Assembly (NCBI GenBank): GCA_964384485.1 | Contig: CAYLLE010000001.1 | Coordinates: 40,589-104,588 of the forward strand | Source of the DNA: an uncultured Spirochaetales bacterium | Lineage (GTDB): Bacteria > Spirochaetota > Spirochaetia > CAYLLE01 | Length of the DNA: 64,000 bases | Direction: 5' to 3' | Shown here: positions 28,209 to 38,510 of the stretch, piece by piece | Numbering within the stretch: position 1 is the stretch's first letter | How the letters are laid out: each line of letters starts with the position of its first letter | Notes under the pieces: generated by a model | Told to the model about the DNA's origin: nothing | The model's input: only the letters and a program-made list of their open reading frames with translations | Databases searched by the model: none | Made by a program: the position numbers and the translations under genes

Positions 28209-28604
28209 CTACTTAAAATATGTTTTAAGCTTTTCATCAAACCTGAGGATCTTCCCCTCCCGGTTAACAAAAGGATGAATGGTGTAACCCTCGGCGATTT
28301 CCGCGCCGTCGGATTTCCGGGTCATCCGGTAGCCGATCTTAATGCTGGCCTTCCGATACTCATCAATATAGGCTTCGGCAATAATGATATCATCGAATCG
28401 GGCCGGGTTTTTATATGTAACCTGCACCTGTTTAACCGGAAGAAAAATACCGTCGGACTCCATCTGTTTATAGGTATATCCTCTGGAGCGGAGGTATTCT
28501 ACCCTGGCGACTTCCATCCAGACCAAATAGTTCGAATGGTATACAATCCCCATCTGATCTGTTTCTTTATAACGAACTCTTATTTCCGTACTGTGTGATT
28601 CCAT
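28209..28604 (-). CDS. acyl-CoA thioesterase (4HBT/YbgC hotdog family)
   Basis: RVRYKETDQMGIVYHSNYLVWMEVARVEYL is the hotdog-fold YbgC signature. Confidence 0.8.
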   Translation of the reverse strand: MESHSTEIRVRYKETDQMGIVYHSNYLVWMEVARVEYLRSRGYTYKQMESDGIFLPVKQVQVTYKNPARFDDIIIAEAYIDEYRKASIKIGYRMTRKSDGAEIAEGYTIHPFVNREGKILRFDEKLKTYFK

Positions 28605-28649
28605 AGAGCAACTATATTGACAGCACCGTCTTTCTGCAACCTCTGTTAA

Positions 28650-29540
28650 TTAGCCTTTAACGCTTCCGAGTACAATACCTTTCGCGAAATATTTCTGCAG
28701 AAAGGGATATACGAACATGACCGGAACCATGGAGACAAAAATTTGGGCCGCGTTGATGGACCGCTGATCCATCCGGGAGAATTTTTTTACTTCCTCGATT
28801 GTCCGGTTTTCCAGATCGGGCTGCGTAAGAATGGTATGGAGGTAAGCCTGGAGCGGGTATTTGGATTTATCATTAAGATAAATGAGCGGTTTAAAGAATT
28901 CGTTCCAATGAGCGATAAAATTGAAGAGGATCAGAGTAGCGATGGCAGGTTTGGCCATAGGAAGCATTATACTCCACATGGTCCGGACATATCCGGCTCC
29001 GTCGATGAAGGCGGATTCTTCCACTTCCTTGGGAATTCCCCGGTAAAAATGCATCAGCATAAGGATATTGAAAACCGGAACCGCGCTGGGCAGTACAAGG
29101 GACCAGTAGGTGTTTATCAACCCGGTATATTTAACCACCATGAAGAGCGGGAGCATACCGCCGCCGAATAGAATCGTAACGATAAAGTACCACACGTATA
29201 TTTTCCGGCCTTTAAACTCCCGGTCGTTCCGGGAAAGCGGATAGGCCGCCAAAACAGTTATGGCCATACTGGTACTAACTCCCAACACAACCACAATAAC
29301 ACTGTTCAGAAAAGCCCGGAAGAACATCTGATTCCCGGCTACATGTTCATAAGCCGCCAGGTTTAGACCCACAGGTATTATAGCGACTTCGTTGGCCGCG
29401 ACAGCCGTGCTGGCACTTATGGAAATGGAAAACAGGTTGATAATCGGAATAATACTGATAACCGTCAGCATCGCCAGGAAAGTATAATTGAAAACAATGA
29501 ACAGGATTCTGCTTGGTCCTTCTTTTCCTACTACTGCCAT
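28650..29540 (-). CDS. carbohydrate ABC transporter permease (MalG/LplC-like)
   Basis: Six TM helices. EAA-like loop (FIDGAGYVRTMWSIMLPMAKPAI). Confidence 0.85.
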   Translation of the reverse strand: MAVVGKEGPSRILFIVFNYTFLAMLTVISIIPIINLFSISISASTAVAANEVAIIPVGLNLAAYEHVAGNQMFFRAFLNSVIVVVLGVSTSMAITVLAAYPLSRNDREFKGRKIYVWYFIVTILFGGGMLPLFMVVKYTGLINTYWSLVLPSAVPVFNILMLMHFYRGIPKEVEESAFIDGAGYVRTMWSIMLPMAKPAIATLILFNFIAHWNEFFKPLIYLNDKSKYPLQAYLHTILTQPDLENRTIEEVKKFSRMDQRSINAAQIFVSMVPVMFVYPFLQKYFAKGIVLGSVKG

Positions 29541-29551
29541 TATTTTTCTCC

Positions 29552-30514
29552 TTAAAAAACCCTATAGTTGCTGAATTTATTTGCAAACCAATAGGAGATA
29601 GTTATGAGTACAAAGGAAACAGAAGACTGAAATAAGCCGACAGCAGTTGCCAAACTGTACCTTCCCTCTTTTAGACCGATCCGGTAAACGTAGGTGTCGA
29701 TGATATCGCCGGTAGAGTACACCATGGGACTGTATAGATTCAGGATTTGAGCGAATCCCGCTTTTAAAATTATTCCAAGGCTCAATATTGTCGACAGCAT
29801 TACGATGGGCATCATAGCCGGTAATGATATATGCCAGGTCTGCTTCCATCTTCCGGCTCCGTCTACAATCGCCGCTTCGTACAGATTGGGATCTACCGAA
29901 GAAAGCGCGGCAAGAAAAATGATCGTACTGAATCCCAAATCCCGCCACAGATCGGTCGCAACCACCATGTAGGGGAACAGAGCGGCTTCTCCAAAAAAGT
30001 AAATTGGTTCACCCCCGAGCATCTCGATGAACTTATTCAAAGCGCCGGATACCGGAGAAGCGAAATCGAGGATAATACCCCCGAGTATTACCCAGGAGAG
30101 AAAGTGGGGAAGATAGGTTATAGTCTGTACGGACCGTTTAAACCAGCTCTTGCCCACTTCATTCAACAGCAGAGCGAGTATAATCGGAACGACTGTCTTA
30201 ACCACGATTTTCATCGTTGAGATAAAAAAAGTGTTGAAGATAACCCTTCTGAACTGTTTTATTTTGAACATATATTCGAAATTATCCAGGCCTACCCAGG
30301 GGGAACCGAAGAAACCCCGGTTAGGGATAAAATCCTGGAACGCCATAGTGAGACCGACCATCGGGAAGTATTCGTATATAGCCAATAATATAACCGCGGG
30401 CAGAAGCATTAAATGTAACGGCAGAACCGCCTTAAACTTTTCCAGCTTTCTTCTTTCCTCGAGGCCAGTTGGTCTTTGTATAGTATTTTTTTTCACCGTG
30501 GTAATGGTCTTCAT
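29552..30514 (-). CDS. carbohydrate ABC transporter permease (MalF/LplB-like)
   Basis: TM profile with EAA loop (AAIVDGAGRWKQTWHISLPAMMP). Confidence 0.85.
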   Translation of the reverse strand: MKTITTVKKNTIQRPTGLEERRKLEKFKAVLPLHLMLLPAVILLAIYEYFPMVGLTMAFQDFIPNRGFFGSPWVGLDNFEYMFKIKQFRRVIFNTFFISTMKIVVKTVVPIILALLLNEVGKSWFKRSVQTITYLPHFLSWVILGGIILDFASPVSGALNKFIEMLGGEPIYFFGEAALFPYMVVATDLWRDLGFSTIIFLAALSSVDPNLYEAAIVDGAGRWKQTWHISLPAMMPIVMLSTILSLGIILKAGFAQILNLYSPMVYSTGDIIDTYVYRIGLKEGRYSLATAVGLFQSSVSFVLITISYWFANKFSNYRVF

Positions 30515-30546
30515 CTTTCATCCTAATTCTTCAGTAGAATATTGAG

Positions 30547-30571
30547 GATGCGGGGAGGACCCCCGCATCCG
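30547..30571 (-). promoter_or_regulatory. intercistronic stem-loop between SBP and permease genes
   Basis: Perfect 11-bp inverted repeat GGATGCGGGGG / CCCCCGCATCC with a 3-nt loop. It is not followed by a T-tract on the transcribed strand. Confidence 0.3.
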
Positions 30572-30593
30572 TTAAACTCTGTGATACTTGAAA

Positions 30594-32357
30594 CTATTTA
30601 TTTTCCTGCTGATCAATCCATGCCTGAGCAAGGGCTTTCATATCGCCTCCGCCTGTATTGTTCCACTCAACAAGGAATTCATCCCAGGCGCTTATATCTT
30701 CCGCGCCGTAAATGATTTTTTGTACAACTTCGGGAAGCGCGCCTTTTGCGACAAGGTCATAATTCTGCAGAGTCTGCAGCCCTACCGTACCTAGGAAAGC
30801 ATTCGGAATATAAACATCATTTTCAACCATTGCGTCAATGGTATTCCACGGACCTACTCCGTCCATTCCCAGCCAGCGATAATGACCCCACGCGTTGACC
30901 CGTTCATCTACAGGATCACTGTCTTTACCGGGCCATCCCTGGGCGATGTCGTAGTATGTCTGAGCTTCAGTTGACAGTTCAGATTTGGACATTTCCCCGT
31001 TCACAACCTTCATTGTCGGTTTCCATATTTCTTCCATATTCTTGAAAGGTCTGAAAATACCGTCTACGACTGCATGATACGCTGTAGTTTCGCTTTTCTT
31101 TTCGTCAGCGGAAAGATATTTCTCCCGGTTTTCCGGAGTGTTCATGTCGCCGTAATTCATCTCAACCCAGAAATTCAGGAACTTTATAAGTACTTCCGGA
31201 TGCTTTGCAGTTTTACTTACGACATAAAGGTTAGTCGAGGGACTGTTATAGGGAGACTTAGTCGGTTCTGAAGCCTTCAGGGAAGGCGGTGCGACCGGTA
31301 TCCAGTCCACGGGATCTTTACCGTCTTCCAGATTTTTCTGCATAAGCTGATTCAACGGCCACAGGCATTGAAAGTGATATCCGTATACCATACCCACCTT
31401 GCCGGCAATCAGATCCTGCACTACATTATTTCCCTGCATTGTTCCAAAGTCCTGGCGGAAAAGGCCTTCTTCATACATTTCATTGAGCGTGGTAAGAGCA
31501 TCTTTCATGCCCTGGGTTTCTCCGGCCCAGACAGCCTCACCGTCTTTGTTAAAGAAGAAAGGAGCACCGTTGTTCGGACCGCGTACCTGATGAGCACCGA
31601 ACGCGTCAAAGAATCCGCTTAAACCCCAGCCGACTCTAAACATGGCGTGATCTTTTCCGGCAAAGGCTAGACCGTAGGTGTCATCCTTTCCGTTACCGTC
31701 CGGATCATCAAACGTAAATGCCCGGGCAACTTCGATCATCTCATCAATTGTTTCGGGGGGATCCATGTTGACATTTTCAAGCCAATCCCGACGTACCCAA
31801 AGCAGCGCCGTACTCTCAAGATAATCACCGCCTTTGGGAATACCCAAAAGTTTTTCATTCATGGTTGCTGAGGCAAGATTACGTTCGTCAGCTTCCATTA
31901 TCTCTTTTGTAAGATCGGTTGCATAAGCTTCATAAACTTCGGTCAAATCTGCCAGCATATCCGCACGCTGCATCTGAAAAAACTGAATGTACGTGATCGG
32001 CATAATATCGGGAATATCGCCGGAAGCGATGGCGATATTGCGCCTGTTTTGAAACTGGCTCTTGTCAACCCGCCACTCGTACTCCACATCCACACCGAGC
32101 TCGTCCCGGTACAGATTAAACCAGTTGTTGTTTTCTTCATCAAATCCTTCCGAATATGCCGAACCTTCTTCAGGAAGCGCATCAACTGTCGTGACAGTTA
32201 TGGGCGGATCATATTTCCCGAAGGGTTCCGCATCTTCCATACTCTCTGTTTGAGTGCTGCCGGTCTCTTCAGCAGTTCCACTGCTCCATGCCGCAGTAAC
32301 GGTGATAAGATTTAGAGCGAGGATCAGAAGAAACATTTTTAGAATATTTCTTTTCAT
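30594..32357 (-). CDS. extracellular solute-binding protein, family 1 (LplA-like large sugar SBP)
   Basis: Signal peptide MKRNILKMFLLILALNLITVTAAWS. About 588 aa, typical of LplA-type SBPs. The start was trimmed to the ATG at 32357, which is preceded by AAGGAGG. Confidence 0.8.
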   Translation of the reverse strand: MKRNILKMFLLILALNLITVTAAWSSGTAEETGSTQTESMEDAEPFGKYDPPITVTTVDALPEEGSAYSEGFDEENNNWFNLYRDELGVDVEYEWRVDKSQFQNRRNIAIASGDIPDIMPITYIQFFQMQRADMLADLTEVYEAYATDLTKEIMEADERNLASATMNEKLLGIPKGGDYLESTALLWVRRDWLENVNMDPPETIDEMIEVARAFTFDDPDGNGKDDTYGLAFAGKDHAMFRVGWGLSGFFDAFGAHQVRGPNNGAPFFFNKDGEAVWAGETQGMKDALTTLNEMYEEGLFRQDFGTMQGNNVVQDLIAGKVGMVYGYHFQCLWPLNQLMQKNLEDGKDPVDWIPVAPPSLKASEPTKSPYNSPSTNLYVVSKTAKHPEVLIKFLNFWVEMNYGDMNTPENREKYLSADEKKSETTAYHAVVDGIFRPFKNMEEIWKPTMKVVNGEMSKSELSTEAQTYYDIAQGWPGKDSDPVDERVNAWGHYRWLGMDGVGPWNTIDAMVENDVYIPNAFLGTVGLQTLQNYDLVAKGALPEVVQKIIYGAEDISAWDEFLVEWNNTGGGDMKALAQAWIDQQENK

Positions 32358-32447
32358 TGAAATACCTCCTTGGTAGTTTTCTGATGCATTATAAAGGCGC
32401 AAAAAGAACCCCCGCTATGTGCAACTTTTTACCTTTGTTACGATTGT

Positions 32448-34196
32448 TTACCTGTTCTTGAATTTTATACGGAGGGAAACACGCAATCCGCCCATGGCAC
32501 TTCGGGAAAAAAATACCCCGCTGCCTGTTCCGAAAAGCAGGACAATCCGTTTATGTATATTAATTAATCCGGTAGTCTGGTGCTCTTCCTGGGCTGTCAC
32601 ACGGTTTTGCATCAAAGATAATTGGGCGTCCGACAAACCGGAACCGTTGTCTTCAATATCGATTACAAGGGTGATGTCATCGCCGGTGAATGAAATCTTC
32701 AGCCTGCCCCCGCTTACCTTATCCTCAAGACCGTACTGAAACGCATTTTCTATAACCGGCTGGACTATAAGGCGGGGTACGGAAAGATCACAGTATTCAG
32801 GAGGAAGCTCCTCAAAATCCATAGAAATACGGTTAGAAAAACGCATTGCCTGAATCTCCGCGTAGATTCTCGCGTGCTCAATTTCCCGGGATAAAGGCGC
32901 TTCGTCAGAATCACTCCGCGCAATATACTGCAGGTATATGCCAAGGTATTTAGAAAATTGATCAGCATTTTCAACATCACCCTGTTTTATCCACCTTCTA
33001 AGTATAAAAAAACTGTTATATAAGAAATGAGGATTAATTTGTGCCTGAAGCTGCTTCAGCTCCGACTTTTGAACAAGTATCTTTTGGGTATATGACTGGT
33101 CGATCAGAGCTTTCAGATTTCCTACCATGGTGTTAAACCCGTCCATAATGTAGCCGAATTCCCCGGTCGAATCGGAATCCATAGTAACATCGAGTTCCCC
33201 CTTTTCCACCCGGCTGAAAGCCTTAACGAGTCGGGACAATGGTCTGTGAACGACCTGATACGACAGATAGAAAAAAGCCGCCATAACGACGAGGGCTGTT
33301 GCGGCAAATATCCAGAACGTCCGTTTATATCCCTCAGCTTTCTGAAAGACAATCCCTTCAGGAGTGTAAATCAGGTAGTGCAAGTCCAGGACGGAGGAAT
33401 AGGCGGACGAAATCAAATATCCTGTGCCATCAACAACAATCTGATTATTTCCTTCTGCCTCCATTAAATCGGGATTCGCGGAAATATGATTGACTAGTTT
33501 AACATTATTCCCGGAACTGAGAAAAAAATCCCGCTCTCTATTGAATAGCAAAGCTCCCGATTCACCGCCTCCCGAATATACCAGCATCGCTTCCTGCAGC
33601 CGTTCCTCAGAAAATTCTATAGTGCTCAAGATGACTAGAACCTGGTTTTCCGCCCGGACGAACGGGAAGGTATTCACTATGTACAGGCCTCTTTCGGATT
33701 GGTGAATTACCGCCTCCGATTGTTCCGCCGCGGTGCTGATAAAATCATGCTCGTCTTCCGTAAGTGTGCCGTATGACAGTGAACTTATCTTCCTGTCCTT
33801 ATCCGGGAGAATAACTGAAACTTCATCAATATAGCGGCTCGAATTCTTTATTGCATCTAAGCTGCTTTGAACCCTGACTATGTTCATATCCCGGTCATAG
33901 TTCGGTTTGCTGAAGTCCATGGTAGTCAACCGCTGGAGAAAAATATTATCCAGAAGGTTTAACTGAAGCAGCTGAATCCGGGTAATATCATCTTCTAAAG
34001 TCGAAACAAAAAAACCGACCCTGGAAAATGTAGCTGCCTTTAATTCATCCTTAACGGCTTTTACCCCTCCCTCGTAAATTCTTATTCCGATAAAAATCAT
34101 TGGAATAAGAATCAGCAGGAAAACCAGAAAGAGACGAGTAAAAATTGAGCTGCGCTGCGGAATTTTTTTCATATTTTTCATAACGCGGGCTTCCAA
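32448..34196 (-). CDS. Sensor histidine kinase, YesM/LytS-type. It has two TM helices, a Cache-like periplasmic region, HAMP, His_kinase and HATPase_c.
   Basis: H-box (INPHFLYNSF). HATPase motifs (NAFQYGLED, DNGSGL, GLINIHKRI). Confidence 0.85.
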   Translation of the reverse strand: MEARVMKNMKKIPQRSSIFTRLFLVFLLILIPMIFIGIRIYEGGVKAVKDELKAATFSRVGFFVSTLEDDITRIQLLQLNLLDNIFLQRLTTMDFSKPNYDRDMNIVRVQSSLDAIKNSSRYIDEVSVILPDKDRKISSLSYGTLTEDEHDFISTAAEQSEAVIHQSERGLYIVNTFPFVRAENQVLVILSTIEFSEERLQEAMLVYSGGGESGALLFNRERDFFLSSGNNVKLVNHISANPDLMEAEGNNQIVVDGTGYLISSAYSSVLDLHYLIYTPEGIVFQKAEGYKRTFWIFAATALVVMAAFFYLSYQVVHRPLSRLVKAFSRVEKGELDVTMDSDSTGEFGYIMDGFNTMVGNLKALIDQSYTQKILVQKSELKQLQAQINPHFLYNSFFILRRWIKQGDVENADQFSKYLGIYLQYIARSDSDEAPLSREIEHARIYAEIQAMRFSNRISMDFEELPPEYCDLSVPRLIVQPVIENAFQYGLEDKVSGGRLKISFTGDDITLVIDIEDNGSGLSDAQLSLMQNRVTAQEEHQTTGLINIHKRIVLLFGTGSGVFFSRSAMGGLRVSLRIKFKNR

Positions 34197-34216
34197 GTGT
34201 AGAAAATTTGACTTTT

Positions 34217-34774
34217 TCAGTCAAGTATTTCCTTCACCATGTAGATAAGACCGGTACGTCCTCCCCGGGGAAGGGGCTCCCATTCCGGCAGTTTACCCAC
34301 TTCCCGGTATCCTATCTTCCGGTACAGTTCCACAGCCACCGTGTTTTCTTCCCACACGGTCAGTGACAGACGGGTGCTCCCTAGCTTCCGTGCTTCCTCT
34401 TCAAGAAGGTTCATAACTAGCCTGCCAAGTCCTAAACCCCGAGCCTTTCGGGAGAGCATAATTCCGATAGTGATCCACAATCCGGTATAATTTTTTGTCG
34501 CGTTTGCTTCGCCGACCAGTTGATCATCCAGAAAAATAAACAGTCTCCGTTCTTTTTCAGTCTCCAGCTTTTTTAAAATTTGACAGAGATGATCACAGCT
34601 TTTCGGAAGATCCATCTCCTGATGACTGCACATCACCTGTTCTTCATGCAGTTCATTCCGGAATCTCATGAAACTGTACAGGTCTTCCCATACCGGGTAC
34701 CGGATAACCACCAGCCGTTCCCTTATCGCCTTTTCTAAAATGATCTGTCCGGATAACACATTTTCCGATTTCAC
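34217..34774 (-). CDS. GNAT family N-acetyltransferase
   Basis: Acetyl-CoA binding motif (RKARGLGLGRLVMNLLEEEARKLG). Confidence 0.75.
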   Translation of the reverse strand: MKSENVLSGQIILEKAIRERLVVIRYPVWEDLYSFMRFRNELHEEQVMCSHQEMDLPKSCDHLCQILKKLETEKERRLFIFLDDQLVGEANATKNYTGLWITIGIMLSRKARGLGLGRLVMNLLEEEARKLGSTRLSLTVWEENTVAVELYRKIGYREVGKLPEWEPLPRGGRTGLIYMVKEILD

Positions 34775-34951
34775 TTTCGCCCCCTTATTTTTTCAAGTAG
34801 TACTCCAGGTTACCTTCCGCCGTCAAGGAAAATATTTACCGGGGAGACGGTTTGTAAAAGATAGTTACATGGGTAAAGAATAGAACCTTGTGAGCATATA
34901 GGGGAGAAAATAAACTGATTCAATATTTAACCCCGGAGGTTTACGGAATAT

Positions 34952-36484
34952 ATGGCGCAATATATACAGGAAAATCAGAAAGTACTTTTTAATATCCCAT
35001 CGGTAAAATTTAACCAGCCCGTCCTCACCTGGGATGATGACACCGTCAAAGCCCTGGTGACTGCCGCGGTAATGTTAGCTTCAAAAACCGGATTAAACCT
35101 TCCGGATGATGACGAAGGGGTTTACCTGAAAGAGGCTGAATCAAAGGGAGCTAAGATCAGTTTAACGGAAAAAACGGTGTATTTTACGGAAGAACAGCTT
35201 AGGGACACCCTTGATGTTATCCGGAAAACCGCGCCTGTAAGGAAACCGCTCCGGGGTGATTTGAAACCGAAACCCCGGGACAGGAAATACATGGTCGGTA
35301 ATTCGGGCAACCTGCTTTTTGATTCAGAAACCTGGGAAGCCAAAGCTCCGGGGAGTGACGATCTTATCGATTTCTGCAGCTGGATACAGGGAGACAACAA
35401 TCTCCTATCCATGCACGCTCCCATGACCAAAGACACTAACCAGATGGTAGGCCCGATGTATGACTACGCCTTAAGCTGCAAGTACTGCAGAAAAACGGTC
35501 AAACATCAGATGCCGGTGTACGATTTTCATGTCAAGCATCTATACAAGATGGACCGGATCGTTGAAAAGCACCGGGGCTACTTCACGCCGATGTACGCCG
35601 CTGAATACGTCAATCCGCCGTTCAAACTCAGCAAGAGAACAATCGACTGCATGCTGAGCAGATATGAACTGGGCGCCCTCAAGGAGAACGGAATATGGAT
35701 GGGTTCGATGACCATCGGGGGGATGAGCGCTCCCGTGACTGTTGCCGGCGCGGCAGTACAGGCCTTCGCCGAAACACTCGCGGCCCTCGCGTTTTTCCAC
35801 ATCATCCGTCCGGAATCACCCCTCAGGATGGTGATGGCCACCGGCAGCGCCGATTTGCGGACCGGGAACGTGGATTATTTCAGTATGCGGACCCACCTGC
35901 AGAATACCGCGGTTTGGGAAATGATTACCCGGGGTGTCGGTGCCATGGCGCCTTATCTCACGTGGTACCGGGATGTGAATGAGCCTGGCCTGCAGGCCGT
36001 GTATGAGCTGACCATGGGTCTTTATTTCTTCCAATGCACCTCCGGTCAGGGGCACCCCAGTATCGGACAGCTGGATAACGGCAACTCTTTTTCACCCCAG
36101 CAGGCTATTATGGACATTGAAGTCTTAAAAGAATTTGACCAGCTCACCGGCGGTTTCGACGTGAATGATGAAATACTCGGACTGGAAGAGATGATTAAAA
36201 ACGGATTTGAAGGAGATTTCCTTGGATCGGAACACACCGTTCAGTATATGCAGGAAGGAATTCCGTACAGTTCATTCTTTTTCCGCGGTCTTCCCGGAAC
36301 GATGAGACATAACAAAAATAAAACACAAACCCAGGAACTGATGGACAAGGCCTGGGAATCAGTAAAAAAATCCAAACAGGCCGGACGGGAAATTGAACCC
36401 GATCATGAATTGGCCGGTGAACTGTATGAAGTTGTTAAGGAAGCCGCCGGAGAAATCGGCATTGCGGCTCCGGAATTAAAGTAG
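34952..36484 (+). CDS. MttB-superfamily methyltransferase homologue (non-pyrrolysine member; trimethylamine/glycine-betaine:corrinoid methyltransferase-like TIM barrel)
   Basis: About 510 aa. Several blocks align by eye to the MttB/MtgB C-terminal half: SMTIGGMSAPVTVAGAAV, SIGQLDNGNSFSPQQAIMDIEVLKEF, and LGLEEMIKNGFEGDFLGSEHTVQYMQEG...FFRG. There is no in-frame UAG. RBS is CCGGAGGT. Confidence 0.6.
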   Translation: MAQYIQENQKVLFNIPSVKFNQPVLTWDDDTVKALVTAAVMLASKTGLNLPDDDEGVYLKEAESKGAKISLTEKTVYFTEEQLRDTLDVIRKTAPVRKPLRGDLKPKPRDRKYMVGNSGNLLFDSETWEAKAPGSDDLIDFCSWIQGDNNLLSMHAPMTKDTNQMVGPMYDYALSCKYCRKTVKHQMPVYDFHVKHLYKMDRIVEKHRGYFTPMYAAEYVNPPFKLSKRTIDCMLSRYELGALKENGIWMGSMTIGGMSAPVTVAGAAVQAFAETLAALAFFHIIRPESPLRMVMATGSADLRTGNVDYFSMRTHLQNTAVWEMITRGVGAMAPYLTWYRDVNEPGLQAVYELTMGLYFFQCTSGQGHPSIGQLDNGNSFSPQQAIMDIEVLKEFDQLTGGFDVNDEILGLEEMIKNGFEGDFLGSEHTVQYMQEGIPYSSFFFRGLPGTMRHNKNKTQTQELMDKAWESVKKSKQAGREIEPDHELAGELYEVVKEAAGEIGIAAPELK

Positions 36485-36494
36485 AGGCATCAAA

Positions 36495-38510
36495 ATGAAA
36501 GAACAGCTTAAGAAAATAATGCGGTACGCCGCTCCGTATCATTATCCCGACGCTCTGAGCCAGCTCGACCGGCTCATCGGTATGGGTGCGGGTATTATAC
36601 ATGTAAACTTTCATCAGTCGGCCATGGAACTTTTTGAGTGGCGGGGCTTACATACTCATCATCCTCCCCACCCATTCAATCTGCATGATAAAGGTCCGGC
36701 CATGGACAATATGATGAGGGATTTCACCTCCATCTGCAAAGAGAATGGGATCATTCCCATGGTCTATATCTGTTTCCACACCTTCGCGATCCGTCTTTTG
36801 AATGATCATCCGGAAGCATGGGACTGGCTGGCAACGGATGAAATGGGAACTCCCCTGCTTCAGGCTCTCTACGTAAGGAACAGACAGCGCCGATACCAGG
36901 GATGCCCGAACAATCCGGGATGGATAGACCATCTTAAAGCAATGAGCTCACAGGCCGTAAACCTTGGGTTTAAAGGGATATTTTTTGACAACCCGAACTG
37001 GGTTTGGTGCTACTGCCCCCATTGTCAGGAAGCATTCGGCACATACCTCAAGGGTAAGGGGTTTGATCCCGAGCCTGTCCCGAAGACTCCTGACTGGAAG
37101 TCTGAAACATGGCAGCAGTATATGCGGTTTTTGGGCTCGGTTATCAAAGAAAAGATGACGGAGCTTAACCGGTTTCTTAAGCAGCAGGATCCGGAATTCA
37201 TTATTACCATGAATTCGCTGCCGCCTACGGAACGTTCACCGTCGGTACAGGCCGTCCTAAGCTATTACGTGAATGAAGCGGCGGATTATACCTTCTACGA
37301 AATCGGAGCCGGCAGACCTTCCGGTCAGCTTGGAAACGGGAAATACTGGAAAGGAATTGATTACCGGAGTTACGGGGTTGCTGAAGGAGAACTCTACGGA
37401 AAACTGCTTACCATTCTGGTGCACCGGAAATACCGGGATCCCGAGGAGGATACCCGTCCGAAGACAGTACCCTCAGTTCCCTATGGAAACTACGACAAGT
37501 TTGATCTCAACAGAAGCAGGCTGGGATTAGCGGAAGGATGGGCGTTCCGTTCTTCCGAAGTTCTTGAAGATATCCATTCCATACGGAATTTCGAACGGCC
37601 TATGGAACTGCGTTCTTATTATGATTTTGCTCAGGAGCACGCTGACCTGTATATTGATTCAAAGATGAAAGCTTCTGTGGGCGTCTACTTTTCCATGGAA
37701 AATCTGATGCGGAATCTAGCGGTAGAACATACCAATGATGATCCGGATCTGGCATTCTTCCTTGGAAAAAAAGAGGGGAAATGGCCCCATCCCGGTTATC
37801 TTAAATGGATCAATATCCTGGCGGACTCCCATCTTCCCTTTAAAACGATTCTTGATCTTGAAACATGCGATGTCGACGTACTAATAATCCCGGACACAAA
37901 GCATATCACTCCCGAAGAATCGGCGGCGTTGGAAAAGAAGATAAAAGAAGGCCTAAAGATATTGGCTACCGGAGAAACATCGCTGTACGAGGGCAGTAAA
38001 CGTCTCGGCGGATACCAGCTTTCCCGGGTGTACGGGACCGAAGAACCGGTCAATACACGGATCCGAAACGATTACGGAAAAGGGGCAGCGGTACTCCTTC
38101 CGGATGCTCCGGAAATGAAGTATTATATTCCCCAAACGGAAGATAAAGATGGTGTGACCGACGCTGGCCAGAACAGCTGTATCCGGGAAGTTTTGATTTC
38201 CGAGCTTCGGTCACTTTACGGAAAGAAACAGTTCCCCGTGGAAGGGCGTATGCCTCAGTCCCTGCTGCTGACAGCACTTGAGTACCGGGGTAAAACTTGC
38301 ATCAATATGGTAAACTACGGGGTATCTATCCGGAATGACCAGGTAATCCCGGCGGGAGAAGCATCCATCCTTTTGGATACCCAGCCGGAAAAAGCAGAAA
38401 TTTACTCACCGGACCGGAAGAAACCCGAAATAGAATTGATAAAAACCGGAGTTACGGCAGAGATCAGGGTATCCCGGACCGGGATTTATAATTTAATCGT
38501 TTTGTCATGA
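36495..38510 (+). CDS. GH42-like glycoside hydrolase homologue (TIM barrel with Cys4 metal site plus beta-gal trimerisation-like domain)
   Basis: C-x38-CxCxxC (QGCPNN...WVWCYCPHCQ) resembles the Zn site of Thermus GH42 beta-galactosidase. The middle domain DVLIIPDTKHITPEESAALEKKIKEGLKILATGE is flavodoxin-like. No DxHxxG B12 motif is present. Confidence 0.5.
   Translation: MKEQLKKIMRYAAPYHYPDALSQLDRLIGMGAGIIHVNFHQSAMELFEWRGLHTHHPPHPFNLHDKGPAMDNMMRDFTSICKENGIIPMVYICFHTFAIRLLNDHPEAWDWLATDEMGTPLLQALYVRNRQRRYQGCPNNPGWIDHLKAMSSQAVNLGFKGIFFDNPNWVWCYCPHCQEAFGTYLKGKGFDPEPVPKTPDWKSETWQQYMRFLGSVIKEKMTELNRFLKQQDPEFIITMNSLPPTERSPSVQAVLSYYVNEAADYTFYEIGAGRPSGQLGNGKYWKGIDYRSYGVAEGELYGKLLTILVHRKYRDPEEDTRPKTVPSVPYGNYDKFDLNRSRLGLAEGWAFRSSEVLEDIHSIRNFERPMELRSYYDFAQEHADLYIDSKMKASVGVYFSMENLMRNLAVEHTNDDPDLAFFLGKKEGKWPHPGYLKWINILADSHLPFKTILDLETCDVDVLIIPDTKHITPEESAALEKKIKEGLKILATGETSLYEGSKRLGGYQLSRVYGTEEPVNTRIRNDYGKGAAVLLPDAPEMKYYIPQTEDKDGVTDAGQNSCIREVLISELRSLYGKKQFPVEGRMPQSLLLTALEYRGKTCINMVNYGVSIRNDQVIPAGEASILLDTQPEKAEIYSPDRKKPEIELIKTGVTAEIRVSRTGIYNLIVLS

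Noticed and set aside
36495-38510. The possibility that this gene encodes the corrinoid-binding partner of the MttB homologue
   Set aside because: No DxHxxG B12-binding motif and no B12-binding cap helix pattern. The sequence instead has TIM-barrel GH-like features and a Cys4 motif.
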